Virus record (IMG/VR): IMGVR_UViG_3300008262_000171
DNA length: 20,000 bases
Direction: 5' to 3' (one strand)
Source of the DNA: an uncultured virus (IMG/VR IMGVR_UViG_3300008262_000171)
Taxonomy: Duplodnaviria; Heunggongvirae; Uroviricota; Caudoviricetes
Under the pieces are notes generated by a model, which was not told the DNA's origin, ran no database searches, and saw only the letters and a program-made list of their open reading frames with translations. Shown one piece after another: positions 1 through 8,917 of the stretch. Within the stretch, counting starts at the first letter, position 1. Every line of letters begins with the position of its first letter. Position numbers and translations under genes: made by a program.

Positions 1-1
1 A

Positions 2-1552
2 GATTTCTTTGGATTAATTGCACTTGGCATTTTAGTTCAAAAACTCCCTGCCATTATCGCAAAAATTGAAGAATTTTTCAATAGTGACTTTATAAAATCA
101 GTAGGAAATGTATTGACAACAATTGGAACAGGATTTCAAAAACTCGGAGAACTTATTAATCTCTTAACACCACAAAAGCAAAAAGAGATAGATCAAGATT
201 TAAAGGCAATTGAAAAAGAGGCTGATGATGGTCTGAAAATGGCAGATCAATCAGATAAAGATATATCGCAACTAGAAAAGGAACTCAGTAAAAGAGAAAA
301 AAATAATAAACCAAGTTCAACACCAAATGTGCCAATGACACTCATGGCACCTGGTTCAATGTATCCAGCAACTACTCCTCAGTCTTCAACATCTCAATCA
401 TCCCAAACTCCAACACCTGCAGCAAAACCACCACAAAAGTTTTCTAAAGGTGGAACGGTACAACCAGAACCACAAACTAGAGCACCATATCAACCAAGAA
501 AAAGTGGTCAACTCAAAAGAGCAGAACGAGGTATGGGTAATGGATTTGAAGATTTTTCTTTAGCAGTTGAAAATATTAATCAAACGGCTCAAAGAGATGA
601 AAAAAATGTAATGGCATTTGCAGAACTGTCAAAGAATTTTAGGGAATGGAGTTCTCTTTCAGGGTTATCTGACACAAGAAAAACTGGTCCTGGATTTGGT
701 CCTCAACCGACTCCGGATCAACAATCAATTAGACAGCAACAATATTCTGGACAAACTTATGCATCTGGTGCTTCCATTGGGCCAACTGGAGATACAGACG
801 GAAATCAAACTGGATTGGATATGAATCTTGCTGGTGGTATTGGGGCACCAATTTATGCACCATTTGACTTAATTTATAAGAGTAGAGGAACAGATGGAAT
901 GCCTTCCGTTGGTCTTCAAGGAACACCAAATGTTTTAGGAGGATCTGGTAGAGGTTTTGGATACTATGGTGCTTATTATTTCAAGAGAGGTAATAAAGAA
1001 TATGAAGTTCTGATGGGTCACTTTAAAAGTTTACCATTTAAAGGAGCAAAAGAAGGACAAGTAATACCTAAAGGAACTTTATTAGGATATCAAGGTGCAT
1101 CTGGAAGAACGATTGGTGCAGGAAACCAACCATATCCTCATATATCACTTCATGTTAATGGTGTTGGATTTAGAGCATCAAACTCTGTTTTGGTTGATGT
1201 TTCTAAAGATATTTTAAAAGGAAAACCATCTCCTGGTTCACAACCACCTGCAACAGCAATCAAACCAGCACAGATTGTACAACCACCCAGTGGAGTACAA
1301 TTATCTCCTGCAGGATCAGGTGATCCAGTATCTGGAGCTGCCGGAAACCTTTTAAAGGCATTAGAAAGACCTGGTGGAGGTGGTAACAGAAAACTATTAA
1401 ATAATACAAGTAGTCGTGGAAATCAATCACTGTTCATTTATGCGGTACAACCAGTAGAAACTTTTGTACCATTTCCATATCCAGTCCCAATGCAACAGGC
1501 ATCCAGTTCATCACCACAAAGACAGAAGTTACCAGAAATATGGAGATTATAA
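2..1552 (+). CDS. 5'-truncated virion/baseplate-associated protein with a degenerate M23 (LytM) peptidase-like domain
   Basis: The frame is open from position 2 (DFFGLIALGILVQKLPAIIAK...), so the true start is upstream of the window and the TTG at 113 is not it. Nt ~806-1160 encode QTGLD...GAPIYAPFD...GFGYY...LMGH...GQVIPKGTLLGYQGASG...PYPHISLH, which follows the M23 layout. It is flanked by Pro/Ser/Gln-rich linkers and lies directly upstream of the hub gene. Confidence 0.7.
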   Translation, partial: DFFGLIALGILVQKLPAIIAKIEEFFNSDFIKSVGNVLTTIGTGFQKLGELINLLTPQKQKEIDQDLKAIEKEADDGLKMADQSDKDISQLEKELSKREKNNKPSSTPNVPMTLMAPGSMYPATTPQSSTSQSSQTPTPAAKPPQKFSKGGTVQPEPQTRAPYQPRKSGQLKRAERGMGNGFEDFSLAVENINQTAQRDEKNVMAFAELSKNFREWSSLSGLSDTRKTGPGFGPQPTPDQQSIRQQQYSGQTYASGASIGPTGDTDGNQTGLDMNLAGGIGAPIYAPFDLIYKSRGTDGMPSVGLQGTPNVLGGSGRGFGYYGAYYFKRGNKEYEVLMGHFKSLPFKGAKEGQVIPKGTLLGYQGASGRTIGAGNQPYPHISLHVNGVGFRASNSVLVDVSKDILKGKPSPGSQPPATAIKPAQIVQPPSGVQLSPAGSGDPVSGAAGNLLKALERPGGGGNRKLLNNTSSRGNQSLFIYAVQPVETFVPFPYPVPMQQASSSSPQRQKLPEIWRL

Positions 1553-1557
1553 GATAA

Positions 1558-2844
1558 ATGGCAAATGCAGCACAGGCATCAGCATATGAACTTTTTGAGA
1601 TTCAAAAAAATGGTAAGAGAGTAGATATTACTGGTCAGGATCCTTATGGTGCCAGAGTAACAAGTTTTGATTACTACGAGAGTTTGTTATCACCAAATAT
1701 TACTGCAGTTTTATCTTTAATGGATGTTGGTGGTGCTACTACCTATGATAAAACTTTTGATAAGCAAACAAGATTTGGAACACTGAGTTCTGCACTTCCT
1801 CTGAATGGTGATGTAAATGTATCCTTTAAAATCAGATCAAAACTAGGAACTCTTGATTTTACTAATAATCCTTTGGTATTTGATAAGCAGATCAATCCAA
1901 ATCAAGAATCAAACCGTGAAGCAATTGTCATGAATTTGGTTTCAAAATCTGCCGTACTAAATCAAGAGACCGCAATTTTTAAACCATACTCGGGTAATAT
2001 CACAAATACTGTAGAAAAATTAGTTGCTGATTATCTGAAAACAAAACTTGCAACTAAAACACCAACTCGAAATTCATATTCATTCATTGGAAATACTCGT
2101 CATGTGTTTGATGTCATTTGCAGTCTAGCATCAAAATCTGTACCAGGAAGAGGGAACCCTGGATATTTTTTCTATGAAACCAGAGATGGATTTAATTTTA
2201 GAGCAATTGATGACTTAGTATCTCAACCACCAGTTGAAACTTATTATAGAACAGATGTTTTAAGATCTGGTGTGGAGAATGATGAAAATGACTTTAAGAT
2301 TGCACTTAAGTCAGACATTAAAAGAGAAGATCTAATCACGGCACTTAAGTCTGGAGTGTATCAAAGTCGTAATATTTTTTGGGATCCTCAATCTTTTAGT
2401 TATGAAGAGGGAATTTATAAGTTAACGGATAATGGTCTTGAAAAATCATTAGGTAAAAATCTATCTGTTCCACAATTAGATTCTTATACAAGAACTCATT
2501 TTCATATTAAAGACATTGGAGTTCTGAGTTCTAAAATAAAAGACGATCCAAATAATGATCCAAAGGAATGGCAAGCAAAGTCAACAATGAGATATAATCT
2601 GCTATTCACTCAGATCATTCAAGTTCAAGTTCCATGCAATCCAAATCTGAGAGCAGGTAATACAATTCAATGTGACTTTGAGATTGTGTCACAGGGAAAG
2701 AAAACTCAGGGAGTTGGTGATCCGGTCAACAGTGGAAAATATTTGATTGTCAATTTGTGTCATCATTTTGATCCTTTAAGATCTTTTACATCAATGACAC
2801 TAGTTCGTGACACTTACGGTCTATATACAAATAAAAGCAAGTAA
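1558..2844 (+). CDS. Baseplate hub / tail protein, gp27/GpD-like
   Basis: 428 aa. Internal GYFFYETRDGFNFRAIDDL and C-terminal VPCNPNLRAGNTIQCDF...SGKYLIVNLCHHF...TSMTLVRD resemble gp27/GpD-type hub proteins. Its TAA overlaps the ATG of the gp5-like gene. Confidence 0.65.
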   Translation: MANAAQASAYELFEIQKNGKRVDITGQDPYGARVTSFDYYESLLSPNITAVLSLMDVGGATTYDKTFDKQTRFGTLSSALPLNGDVNVSFKIRSKLGTLDFTNNPLVFDKQINPNQESNREAIVMNLVSKSAVLNQETAIFKPYSGNITNTVEKLVADYLKTKLATKTPTRNSYSFIGNTRHVFDVICSLASKSVPGRGNPGYFFYETRDGFNFRAIDDLVSQPPVETYYRTDVLRSGVENDENDFKIALKSDIKREDLITALKSGVYQSRNIFWDPQSFSYEEGIYKLTDNGLEKSLGKNLSVPQLDSYTRTHFHIKDIGVLSSKIKDDPNNDPKEWQAKSTMRYNLLFTQIIQVQVPCNPNLRAGNTIQCDFEIVSQGKKTQGVGDPVNSGKYLIVNLCHHFDPLRSFTSMTLVRDTYGLYTNKSK

Positions 2845-3602
2845 TGAATAATTTAGCAACGGTCAATATCAATAAATTCTTTATTGCCCAAGTTGCTCCT
2901 GGTCAAAATCAGCATGTGAAAAATGCAAAGTGGCAAGATGCCCATGGAGATCGAGTTAGAATTCGAATACCTGGAAAGCATCCTAGTATGAATGAAGTAA
3001 AAGACGAAAACTTACCCTGGGCAATTGTTTTAAAATCAACTTCTCATGGTAACTTGAATGGTGGTTCTTGTGGATTGTGGGGTGGTGAATGGGTCATGGC
3101 ATGTTATTTGGATGAGAGTGAACAGATTCCAGCAGTCGTTCATGTATTTGGTAATAACCTAACTCAATTTGACATACGAGAATCTAAAAATGGTACGACA
3201 GAATTCAAAAGGGTAGATCGTTTCAATTCTGGATTAACTCCTGGAGCTCATCAGATCATTGGTGATGATACAAAACCAAAAGGACCAGCACAACCGACAA
3301 AGGAAGAAATTGCTGGAGCAACTAAAGATCCCCAATCCAAAAATGTATCAGAAAGTGGAATTCCAAAAGAACCTATAATCACAGAAAGTCCAGATGGGAC
3401 AAAAACTGTTACTATTATTGATGCTGATGGAAACAAAACAAATTATACTTATAAAGACCGAGATATTCCTGTTTCCACTCTCGCAACCTTTAATAAAATG
3501 CAGGAAACTGCTTTTAACCTACAAATGAGTAAAGAAGCAACACTTCGTGGAGATGATGCTTCCGCAACTTTCTATGCCAATAGAGCAGCTGGGAGAGGAT
3601 AA
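2844..3602 (+). CDS. gp5: gp5-like baseplate spike protein, N-terminal OB-fold part
   Basis: GDRVRIRIPGKH...DENLPWAIVL...GGEWVMACYLD...QIPAVVHVF matches the gp5/VgrG N-terminal OB-fold pattern (RVRVRIxGxH...LPWA...GxWVxGFFxD...P). It follows the gp27-like gene. Confidence 0.75.
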   Translation: MNNLATVNINKFFIAQVAPGQNQHVKNAKWQDAHGDRVRIRIPGKHPSMNEVKDENLPWAIVLKSTSHGNLNGGSCGLWGGEWVMACYLDESEQIPAVVHVFGNNLTQFDIRESKNGTTEFKRVDRFNSGLTPGAHQIIGDDTKPKGPAQPTKEEIAGATKDPQSKNVSESGIPKEPIITESPDGTKTVTIIDADGNKTNYTYKDRDIPVSTLATFNKMQETAFNLQMSKEATLRGDDASATFYANRAAGRG

Positions 3603-3609
3603 TATGACC

Positions 3610-3634
3610 CATAAATATCAGAATAAGGAGGTGA
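3610..3634 (+). promoter_or_regulatory. T4-type late promoter-like motif (CATAAATA) plus strong Shine-Dalgarno (TAAGGAGGTGA)
   Basis: CATAAATA at 3610-3617 and TAAGGAGGTGA at 3624-3634, 8 nt before the ATG at 3643. Confidence 0.65.
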
Positions 3635-3642
3635 AAATATAA

Positions 3643-6039
3643 ATGTCTGTAAATAACGTAACCAAAACTAAAGTAATTGGTGGAAAAATATACGTTCAAG
3701 TAGAAAATAAACCACAGTGGTATTTACTTGGACCTGATAATTATACGGCAACGTTTGTAGAAAATTATGATGTAGTTAAAGAAATAGAATCAAAAGGTCA
3801 GATACCAAACATACCAACACAAAAAAAGGTTTCAATTCCTGCTGGAGTAAATGTAACTCAAGGACCAGTATCACCACCCAGAAAACCAAGACCAGGAACA
3901 GATCTTGCTGGAAATACATTTACTGGACTTGATCTTGAAGGAAAACCAACAACTATAAAAGTAAGTTCTGATGGATCTGCATATATTGCAATCAATGAAC
4001 AAACTAATGAAAGAATTGTTGGTGAGATGAGTGCCGACATAGCAAATCGTATTAGACGAAAAATTGCTAGTAGTCCAAATGCACGAACGTATTCAGAGCA
4101 ACCATCAGTATTTGTCCCAGATACTCCAATTCAACCAGATCCTGTATGGGCAAATGTTTCGGACGAAACAATTGATAGAATTGCAAAGGGTAATAATGAT
4201 GTAGTTGCACAATTAAATGAGCAAGGTAGTGATACCTGGACTCCAGAGCAGCAAGAACTGTTTAAATCAACTCAAAATATTCTTGATTCAATTGACAAAG
4301 AAAAAGCAAAGAGAAAATCTGCAGCATGTAAAACATTACAAACTGACAAGGGAGTTGGATATGTAGATCCTCCCAAGTGTGAAGAATATATCAATTCAAC
4401 AGCATTCCAAGAAGCTCTACAAACGTATCAAAAGGAAAGAGTTCAACCAGATCCTTGCGGAACATCAGAACTTGCTGGAATCAATACCGCACTACTCAGT
4501 TTCTTCAAAACTCTCAAGAAGATTAAAAAGTACGGTCAACTATATGTTAATGGAACAATCAATAAAATTGGTCAGATCAGTAGTTTGATTCGTAACACTG
4601 GAAGTATTATTGCTGCTATTCTTAAAATTCTTATTCAGAGATTGAGAAACTATCTAATCGGAAAAATCAGAGCAGGTATACAAGATCTCCTCGATATTCT
4701 TATACCAACAGTTGCCAAGGCAATTAAGAATACTATCGTACAAAAAGTCGTCGATACAATTTTTTGTAAGTTCAAAGATATTGTCAAGGGATTGGCACAA
4801 ATGGTCGGTGATTTCTTATTTGAACTCATTGGTAAAGTTGTTAATATTCCTTTTTGTGCTGCAGAACAGTGGACAAATTCTCTAATCAATAAGTTAGCAT
4901 CAGATATTGATAAGGCAATCGGTCCTATACTTGATCAAATCAATGATGTACTAGGTGGTGTTGGTAAAATTGCAGGATCAGTCTTCCAGGCACTTGATTT
5001 TATTCTTGGATTTGAATCATTCTTGTGTGCAAAGCCAAACTGTCCGCAGGTTAAAAGTTTCATAGGTAATCCTCTGAAGGACGGTCCAAATCAACAGGAT
5101 ATTGACAATTTTAATAACTTCTTACCAATTCCATCCGATTCTCAAATCATTGAAGGTGCAACTGGATGGACAAAAGATCTACCAATTTTTGGTGGAACAC
5201 TAGGGCAATATGATGGCACAATTCCAGATAGCATCACTCAATGTGATACGGCACCATTTAGATGTGGTCCTCCATCAGTTGAAATCTTTGGTGGTGGTGG
5301 ATCTGGTGCGATTGGTAATGCCGTAGTAGATCGAATTGGTAGAATTGTTGGAGTTGATCTGGTCTTTGGTGGATCTAATTATAGCAGTCCTCCTTTTGTC
5401 ACGATATTAGATCCCTGTGAGAATGGAAATTACGCTTCGGCATATGCAGAAATTAATGATGATGGAGAAGTTACTAACATTGTAGTTGTAAATTCAGGTG
5501 CTGGATATGTAAGTCAACCAACAGGATTGAATGAATTTGATGAACCAATAGATCCTGATCCAACCAGAACAAGAGTTAATGATTACAACGTCTGTTTATC
5601 TGGATTTAAAATTCTTTCAACAGGTATTGGATATAAACCAACTGATACTGTTAAGATCACTCCCAATCTTGAAGGTCTTAAGGCAGTTGTTAAAATGACA
5701 GAATCTGGACAAATTATTGACATACAACTTTCAAACAGAATTTGTGGTATTACGGACATCCCTGAAATAGAAATAAATAGTGATGCTGGTGCTGGAGTCG
5801 AGATTAAACCTGTGTTTGAAATTATTAGAGTCAATCCACTCCCTGGTGATGGTACACAACAAGTAGATCCTAATGCAACTCCAAATATTTCTATCGACTC
5901 AGGAAGTAGAAGGGTTCTAGATCCAACGACACGTCGAGATGCTACTGTTAAAAGTAGAGTTGCCACAGATGATGAACTTGGAGCAACAACTCAAACTGGG
6001 CAGAGAAACATCATCAGAGTTATTGATTGCGTGAGGTAA
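3643..6039 (+). CDS. Baseplate hub/spike-associated structural protein (cyanophage gp5-like central and C-terminal part)
   Basis: 798 aa. A long amphipathic helical region with spaced Cys is followed by CGPPSVEIFGGGGSGA...GGSNYSSPPFVTILDPCENGNYA...GAGY and ends VIDCVR, which I recall as typical of cyanomyovirus gp5-annotated proteins. No lysozyme motif recognised. Confidence 0.6.
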   Translation: MSVNNVTKTKVIGGKIYVQVENKPQWYLLGPDNYTATFVENYDVVKEIESKGQIPNIPTQKKVSIPAGVNVTQGPVSPPRKPRPGTDLAGNTFTGLDLEGKPTTIKVSSDGSAYIAINEQTNERIVGEMSADIANRIRRKIASSPNARTYSEQPSVFVPDTPIQPDPVWANVSDETIDRIAKGNNDVVAQLNEQGSDTWTPEQQELFKSTQNILDSIDKEKAKRKSAACKTLQTDKGVGYVDPPKCEEYINSTAFQEALQTYQKERVQPDPCGTSELAGINTALLSFFKTLKKIKKYGQLYVNGTINKIGQISSLIRNTGSIIAAILKILIQRLRNYLIGKIRAGIQDLLDILIPTVAKAIKNTIVQKVVDTIFCKFKDIVKGLAQMVGDFLFELIGKVVNIPFCAAEQWTNSLINKLASDIDKAIGPILDQINDVLGGVGKIAGSVFQALDFILGFESFLCAKPNCPQVKSFIGNPLKDGPNQQDIDNFNNFLPIPSDSQIIEGATGWTKDLPIFGGTLGQYDGTIPDSITQCDTAPFRCGPPSVEIFGGGGSGAIGNAVVDRIGRIVGVDLVFGGSNYSSPPFVTILDPCENGNYASAYAEINDDGEVTNIVVVNSGAGYVSQPTGLNEFDEPIDPDPTRTRVNDYNVCLSGFKILSTGIGYKPTDTVKITPNLEGLKAVVKMTESGQIIDIQLSNRICGITDIPEIEINSDAGAGVEIKPVFEIIRVNPLPGDGTQQVDPNATPNISIDSGSRRVLDPTTRRDATVKSRVATDDELGATTQTGQRNIIRVIDCVR

Positions 6040-6042
6040 AAT

Positions 6043-6630
6043 ATGTCAAAACCAGAATGGTTACTTAGTGATAACCCATACGGAAAAGTATTCTTTGGTC
6101 CAGGAGCAGAGAAGAAAAAAGATCCAGGACTTCAATACACTGTTTCATTAACAAATGGGTATAATCAAACTCATACCAAGGATGGAAACAAGGGTGAAAT
6201 AGTTCGTGGAACTTCTCATGAGATCATCAAAGGACAAAAACCTGGAGATGATCGAAAACAAAAAGAAAAAGAGAACGTAACCAAATCAATTATTGTTGAG
6301 GAAGGTGATATCTCAATTATTGCCGAGAATGGAAATATTAAGTTAAAAGCAAAGAATATTTTCATTGAGACCATTGGAGATGGCAATGATGGTTCATTTA
6401 TGGTAAAAGCAAACGAAGCAATTACCATGACTGCTGGAGAGCAAATGACTTTGGGTGGTGCAAAAATCTGCATGTCAACTCCAGATTCAATCACTTTCAA
6501 TGCCGATGGTATTATTTACATGTTATGTAAGGATATAAGTAAAGGATCACCACTTGCTGGTGTTTTAGGAAATTTTATTCCAGGTCCAGTTAAGGATCTA
6601 ATTGATGGAATCGCACTTAGTTGCAAATAA
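6043..6630 (+). CDS. Putative gp5 C-terminal beta-helix-like spike protein
   Basis: 195 aa with short beta-strand repeats (SIIVEEGDISIIAENGNIKLKAKNIFIE...FMVKANEAITMTAGEQMTLGGAKICMS), as in gp5/VgrG needles. Starts 3 nt after the previous stop. Confidence 0.55.
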   Translation: MSKPEWLLSDNPYGKVFFGPGAEKKKDPGLQYTVSLTNGYNQTHTKDGNKGEIVRGTSHEIIKGQKPGDDRKQKEKENVTKSIIVEEGDISIIAENGNIKLKAKNIFIETIGDGNDGSFMVKANEAITMTAGEQMTLGGAKICMSTPDSITFNADGIIYMLCKDISKGSPLAGVLGNFIPGPVKDLIDGIALSCK

Positions 6631-6639
6631 GGAGAATTT

Positions 6640-7434
6640 ATGGCTTTTGATACTCTAGATGTTGGTACATTAGATGTTTTTAATCCTCTAGTTGGTGGAG
6701 CACTTGTAATTCCAAAAGGATTTTGGGAACCTGGAACTGCATCAATTCATAAATTGCACTGTGGTCAAGGTGCAATGGCAACTCCTTTTGCTGCTTCATT
6801 GGTAGTCGGTCCTTCAGCAACTTCACCATTATCAATTAATACGATTGGACTTGAACAACTAACTGGTATTAGAAATTGTTTTGGATCTGACATCAAAATT
6901 GGATCAAACATTTCTCTTGGAGCATTAGACATATCTTATAATGGTGTTAATTCTGAACTTAATGGAATTAAAGCTGCCGCAGTTCCTGAGTGGAGTACAG
7001 TTGCTCCAAAATTTGATGCAAACGCATTCACAATGGATTTAAAATCACCTGCAGGAAAACTTAAAGGTGCATGGCTTTACAACGGATCTACTATTTGTGC
7101 TCCGTGCCCATCAGATCAAAGATCAAAAACCAACGTTGTTAATTTAGAAAATTCTCTTGAAAAAGTATTAAGTTTAAGAGGAGTTTCTTTTAGTTGGAAT
7201 CCTGATGTCGTACCTGGTAGAGCAAAAAAACAAGATATTGCAATTGGACTTATTGCTCAAGAAGTTGAAAAAGTTATTCCAGAAGTTGTTGTTAGAGAAA
7301 AAATAGAAAATGAAGATTTAAAAACTGTTGAATATGGAAATTTAACAGCTGTTTTAATTGAAGCAATTAAAGAACAACAACAACAAATTGAAGAACTAAA
7401 GCAAAGAATAACAGACCTAGAAGGAAATAAATAA
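6640..7434 (+). CDS. Short spike/fibre protein with C-terminal S74 intramolecular chaperone
   Basis: SD AGGAG upstream. SDQRSKTNV...L.KVLSLRGVSFSW...IGLIAQEVEKVIPEVV...VEYGNLTAVLIEAIKEQQQQIEELK (nt 7111-7434) is a canonical peptidase S74 domain with its coiled coil. Confidence 0.85.
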   Translation: MAFDTLDVGTLDVFNPLVGGALVIPKGFWEPGTASIHKLHCGQGAMATPFAASLVVGPSATSPLSINTIGLEQLTGIRNCFGSDIKIGSNISLGALDISYNGVNSELNGIKAAAVPEWSTVAPKFDANAFTMDLKSPAGKLKGAWLYNGSTICAPCPSDQRSKTNVVNLENSLEKVLSLRGVSFSWNPDVVPGRAKKQDIAIGLIAQEVEKVIPEVVVREKIENEDLKTVEYGNLTAVLIEAIKEQQQQIEELKQRITDLEGNK

Positions 7435-7458
7435 AAATTATTACGATGATTCAATTAA

Positions 7459-8394
7459 ATGGATGAAAATTTAAGAAATAATGCTCTTAAAGTTTTTGAG
7501 AATGAGCAAAATCAATTAAACGGTGTCTTTGATAAACAATCTGATGTTACGGCACCAACAAAGATGATGAAAGTGAACATCATTCAAAATGCTAATGGAA
7601 CTTGGTCAAAAGAAGAAGTAGAAGAAGATAGTGGTTTATATGATGAGAGTGTAGTTGGAAAAGTTGAACAGCAAATTGAGGATGATGTCAAAACTCTTCA
7701 ACAGTTTTGTGCAATTCCTGATAATACAATTATATCATTCAATGCACAGATTAATGAATTAAAATCTCAAATTGCAACGTTATCTGCACAAGCAACTAGT
7801 GGAAACTGCTGGCCTGGAGTTGCTTGCAGCACCACATTGCCTGGTAATACAATATGTTCGGGAGTAACTACAGATCTTGCCACTTATACCGTAATCAATC
7901 AAGATAGAGATGCATTAAAGATATTTCAAAGTATGTCTGGACCAAATCAAAATTTTGCCGCAGAAGATCCCTTTGATCCGGATGATACTGTAACACTATC
8001 AACATCTTATGCTGGATATGGTTATGAAAATGTAAAGCAAGATGATGGTGGATCATTAGTTACAAGTCAAGGAAGATTTGATGTGTCTGGAATAACGACA
8101 GATCACAGTGCCAGACGTATTTCAACTGTCCCTAATGTTTACTATACTGGAGCAACAGTACCTGGTGCAACTTGTGTATCAATTGCCAATTCAATTACAG
8201 CACTTCAAGCACAAATTGTATCTTTAAGAGCACAACGAGATGCTGCAGTAAATAGAACGAATTTAAATGCCGTAAAAAATACAAAAAAAGAGAAAGAACT
8301 TCAAAATTGGGGATGTAAAAATTTAAGAGAAAGAGTTACCGCAAGAAAAACTAAAAATACATCGGCAATTGCTGCAGTTCAAAGTTTTTCCTAA
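7459..8394 (+). CDS. Hypothetical, probably virion, protein with two coiled-coil segments
   Basis: 311 aa. Heptad segments FNAQINELKSQIATLSAQ and IANSITALQAQIVSLRAQRD flank a Thr/Gly/Cys-rich region. ATAAATA lies at 7427-7433 upstream. Confidence 0.5.
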   Translation: MDENLRNNALKVFENEQNQLNGVFDKQSDVTAPTKMMKVNIIQNANGTWSKEEVEEDSGLYDESVVGKVEQQIEDDVKTLQQFCAIPDNTIISFNAQINELKSQIATLSAQATSGNCWPGVACSTTLPGNTICSGVTTDLATYTVINQDRDALKIFQSMSGPNQNFAAEDPFDPDDTVTLSTSYAGYGYENVKQDDGGSLVTSQGRFDVSGITTDHSARRISTVPNVYYTGATVPGATCVSIANSITALQAQIVSLRAQRDAAVNRTNLNAVKNTKKEKELQNWGCKNLRERVTARKTKNTSAIAAVQSFS

Positions 8395-8401
8395 GACCCC
8401 C

Positions 8402-8430
8402 TTGACACCAGGACCAAGACCCCCTATAAT
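8402..8430 (+). promoter_or_regulatory. Consensus sigma70 (early) promoter
   Basis: TTGACA (8402-8407), 17-bp spacer, TATAAT (8425-8430), in an intergenic region. Confidence 0.9.
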
Positions 8431-8444
8431 ATGGGGGTAATCAA

Positions 8445-8642
8445 ATGAATCACCCAATGCCCACCGAAGAAATCCTGAGTCGTTGTGTTGTCGATACTTT
8501 GGCACGTAAGTTCTATTTGTATTCGAGTGAAGGTAACGAACGAGTTGTGGAGTGTGAGACCGTAGATCAATTCATGAATGTACTAGAAGTTGTTCGTGAT
8601 CAAGTCAGTGATGATTGTCTTGCATATTCCAATCCTCTCTGA
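8445..8642 (+). CDS. Small hypothetical phage protein (65 aa; alternative ATG at 8457)
   Basis: ORF directly downstream of the consensus promoter, with no TTA or ATA codons. Function not recognised. Confidence 0.7.
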   Translation: MNHPMPTEEILSRCVVDTLARKFYLYSSEGNERVVECETVDQFMNVLEVVRDQVSDDCLAYSNPL

Positions 8643-8644
8643 TT

Positions 8645-8652
8645 TATAAATA
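8645..8652 (+). promoter_or_regulatory. T4-type late promoter TATAAATA
   Basis: Exact gp55 consensus, 6 nt before the ATG at 8659. Confidence 0.75.
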
Positions 8653-8658
8653 TCCAAA

Positions 8659-8829
8659 ATGGAAATTTTTACCGTGGAAGAATTTCAAGAACGATGGGAT
8701 GAATTAATCAAAAGAGTTGAGAATGGAGAGACGTTAGGAATTGTGGATGAAGAAGGTAGAGCTGCTGTGATGATACCTGCGGATGATGACTTTGTGCGAA
8801 TACACACTGAGCACGACGAAGCACCCTGA
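8659..8829 (+). CDS. 56-aa Phd/YefM antitoxin-like protein (below the ORF-track cutoff)
   Basis: Manual translation: MEIFTVEEFQERWDELIKRVENGETLGIVDEEGRAAVMIPADDDFVRIHTEHDEAP*. This fits the Phd/YefM N-terminal pattern (M-x-x-x-T-x-x-E...EL-x-x-RV-E-x-GE-x-x-x-I-x-x-x-G-R-x-AV-x-x-P) with an acidic tail. It is bounded by a late promoter and a hairpin. Confidence 0.65.
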   Translation: MEIFTVEEFQERWDELIKRVENGETLGIVDEEGRAAVMIPADDDFVRIHTEHDEAP

Positions 8830-8843
8830 TCTTCAGGGTTTTT
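8823..8843 (+). terminator. Putative rho-independent terminator or tRNA-processing hairpin
   Basis: ACCCTGA-TCT-TCAGGGT followed by TTTT. It overlaps the TGA stop at 8827-8829 and ends 2 nt before tRNA-Ile. Confidence 0.55.
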
Positions 8844-8845
8844 AT

Positions 8846-8917
8846 GGGAGTGTCGCCTATGGGTTAAGGCCATCGCCTTATAAGCGGTAGAACTGGGTTC
8901 AAGTCCCAGCATTCCCA
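8846..8917 (+). tRNA. trnI: tRNA-Ile(UAU)
   Basis: Acceptor GGGAGTG/CATTCCC+A, anticodon arm ATCGC-CTTATAA-GCGGT (anticodon TAT), T arm CTGGG-TTCAAGT-CCCAG. CCA not encoded. Confidence 0.88.

Noticed and set aside
113..115. TTG start of the first ORF
   Set aside because: The frame is open back to position 2, so the gene begins upstream of the window.
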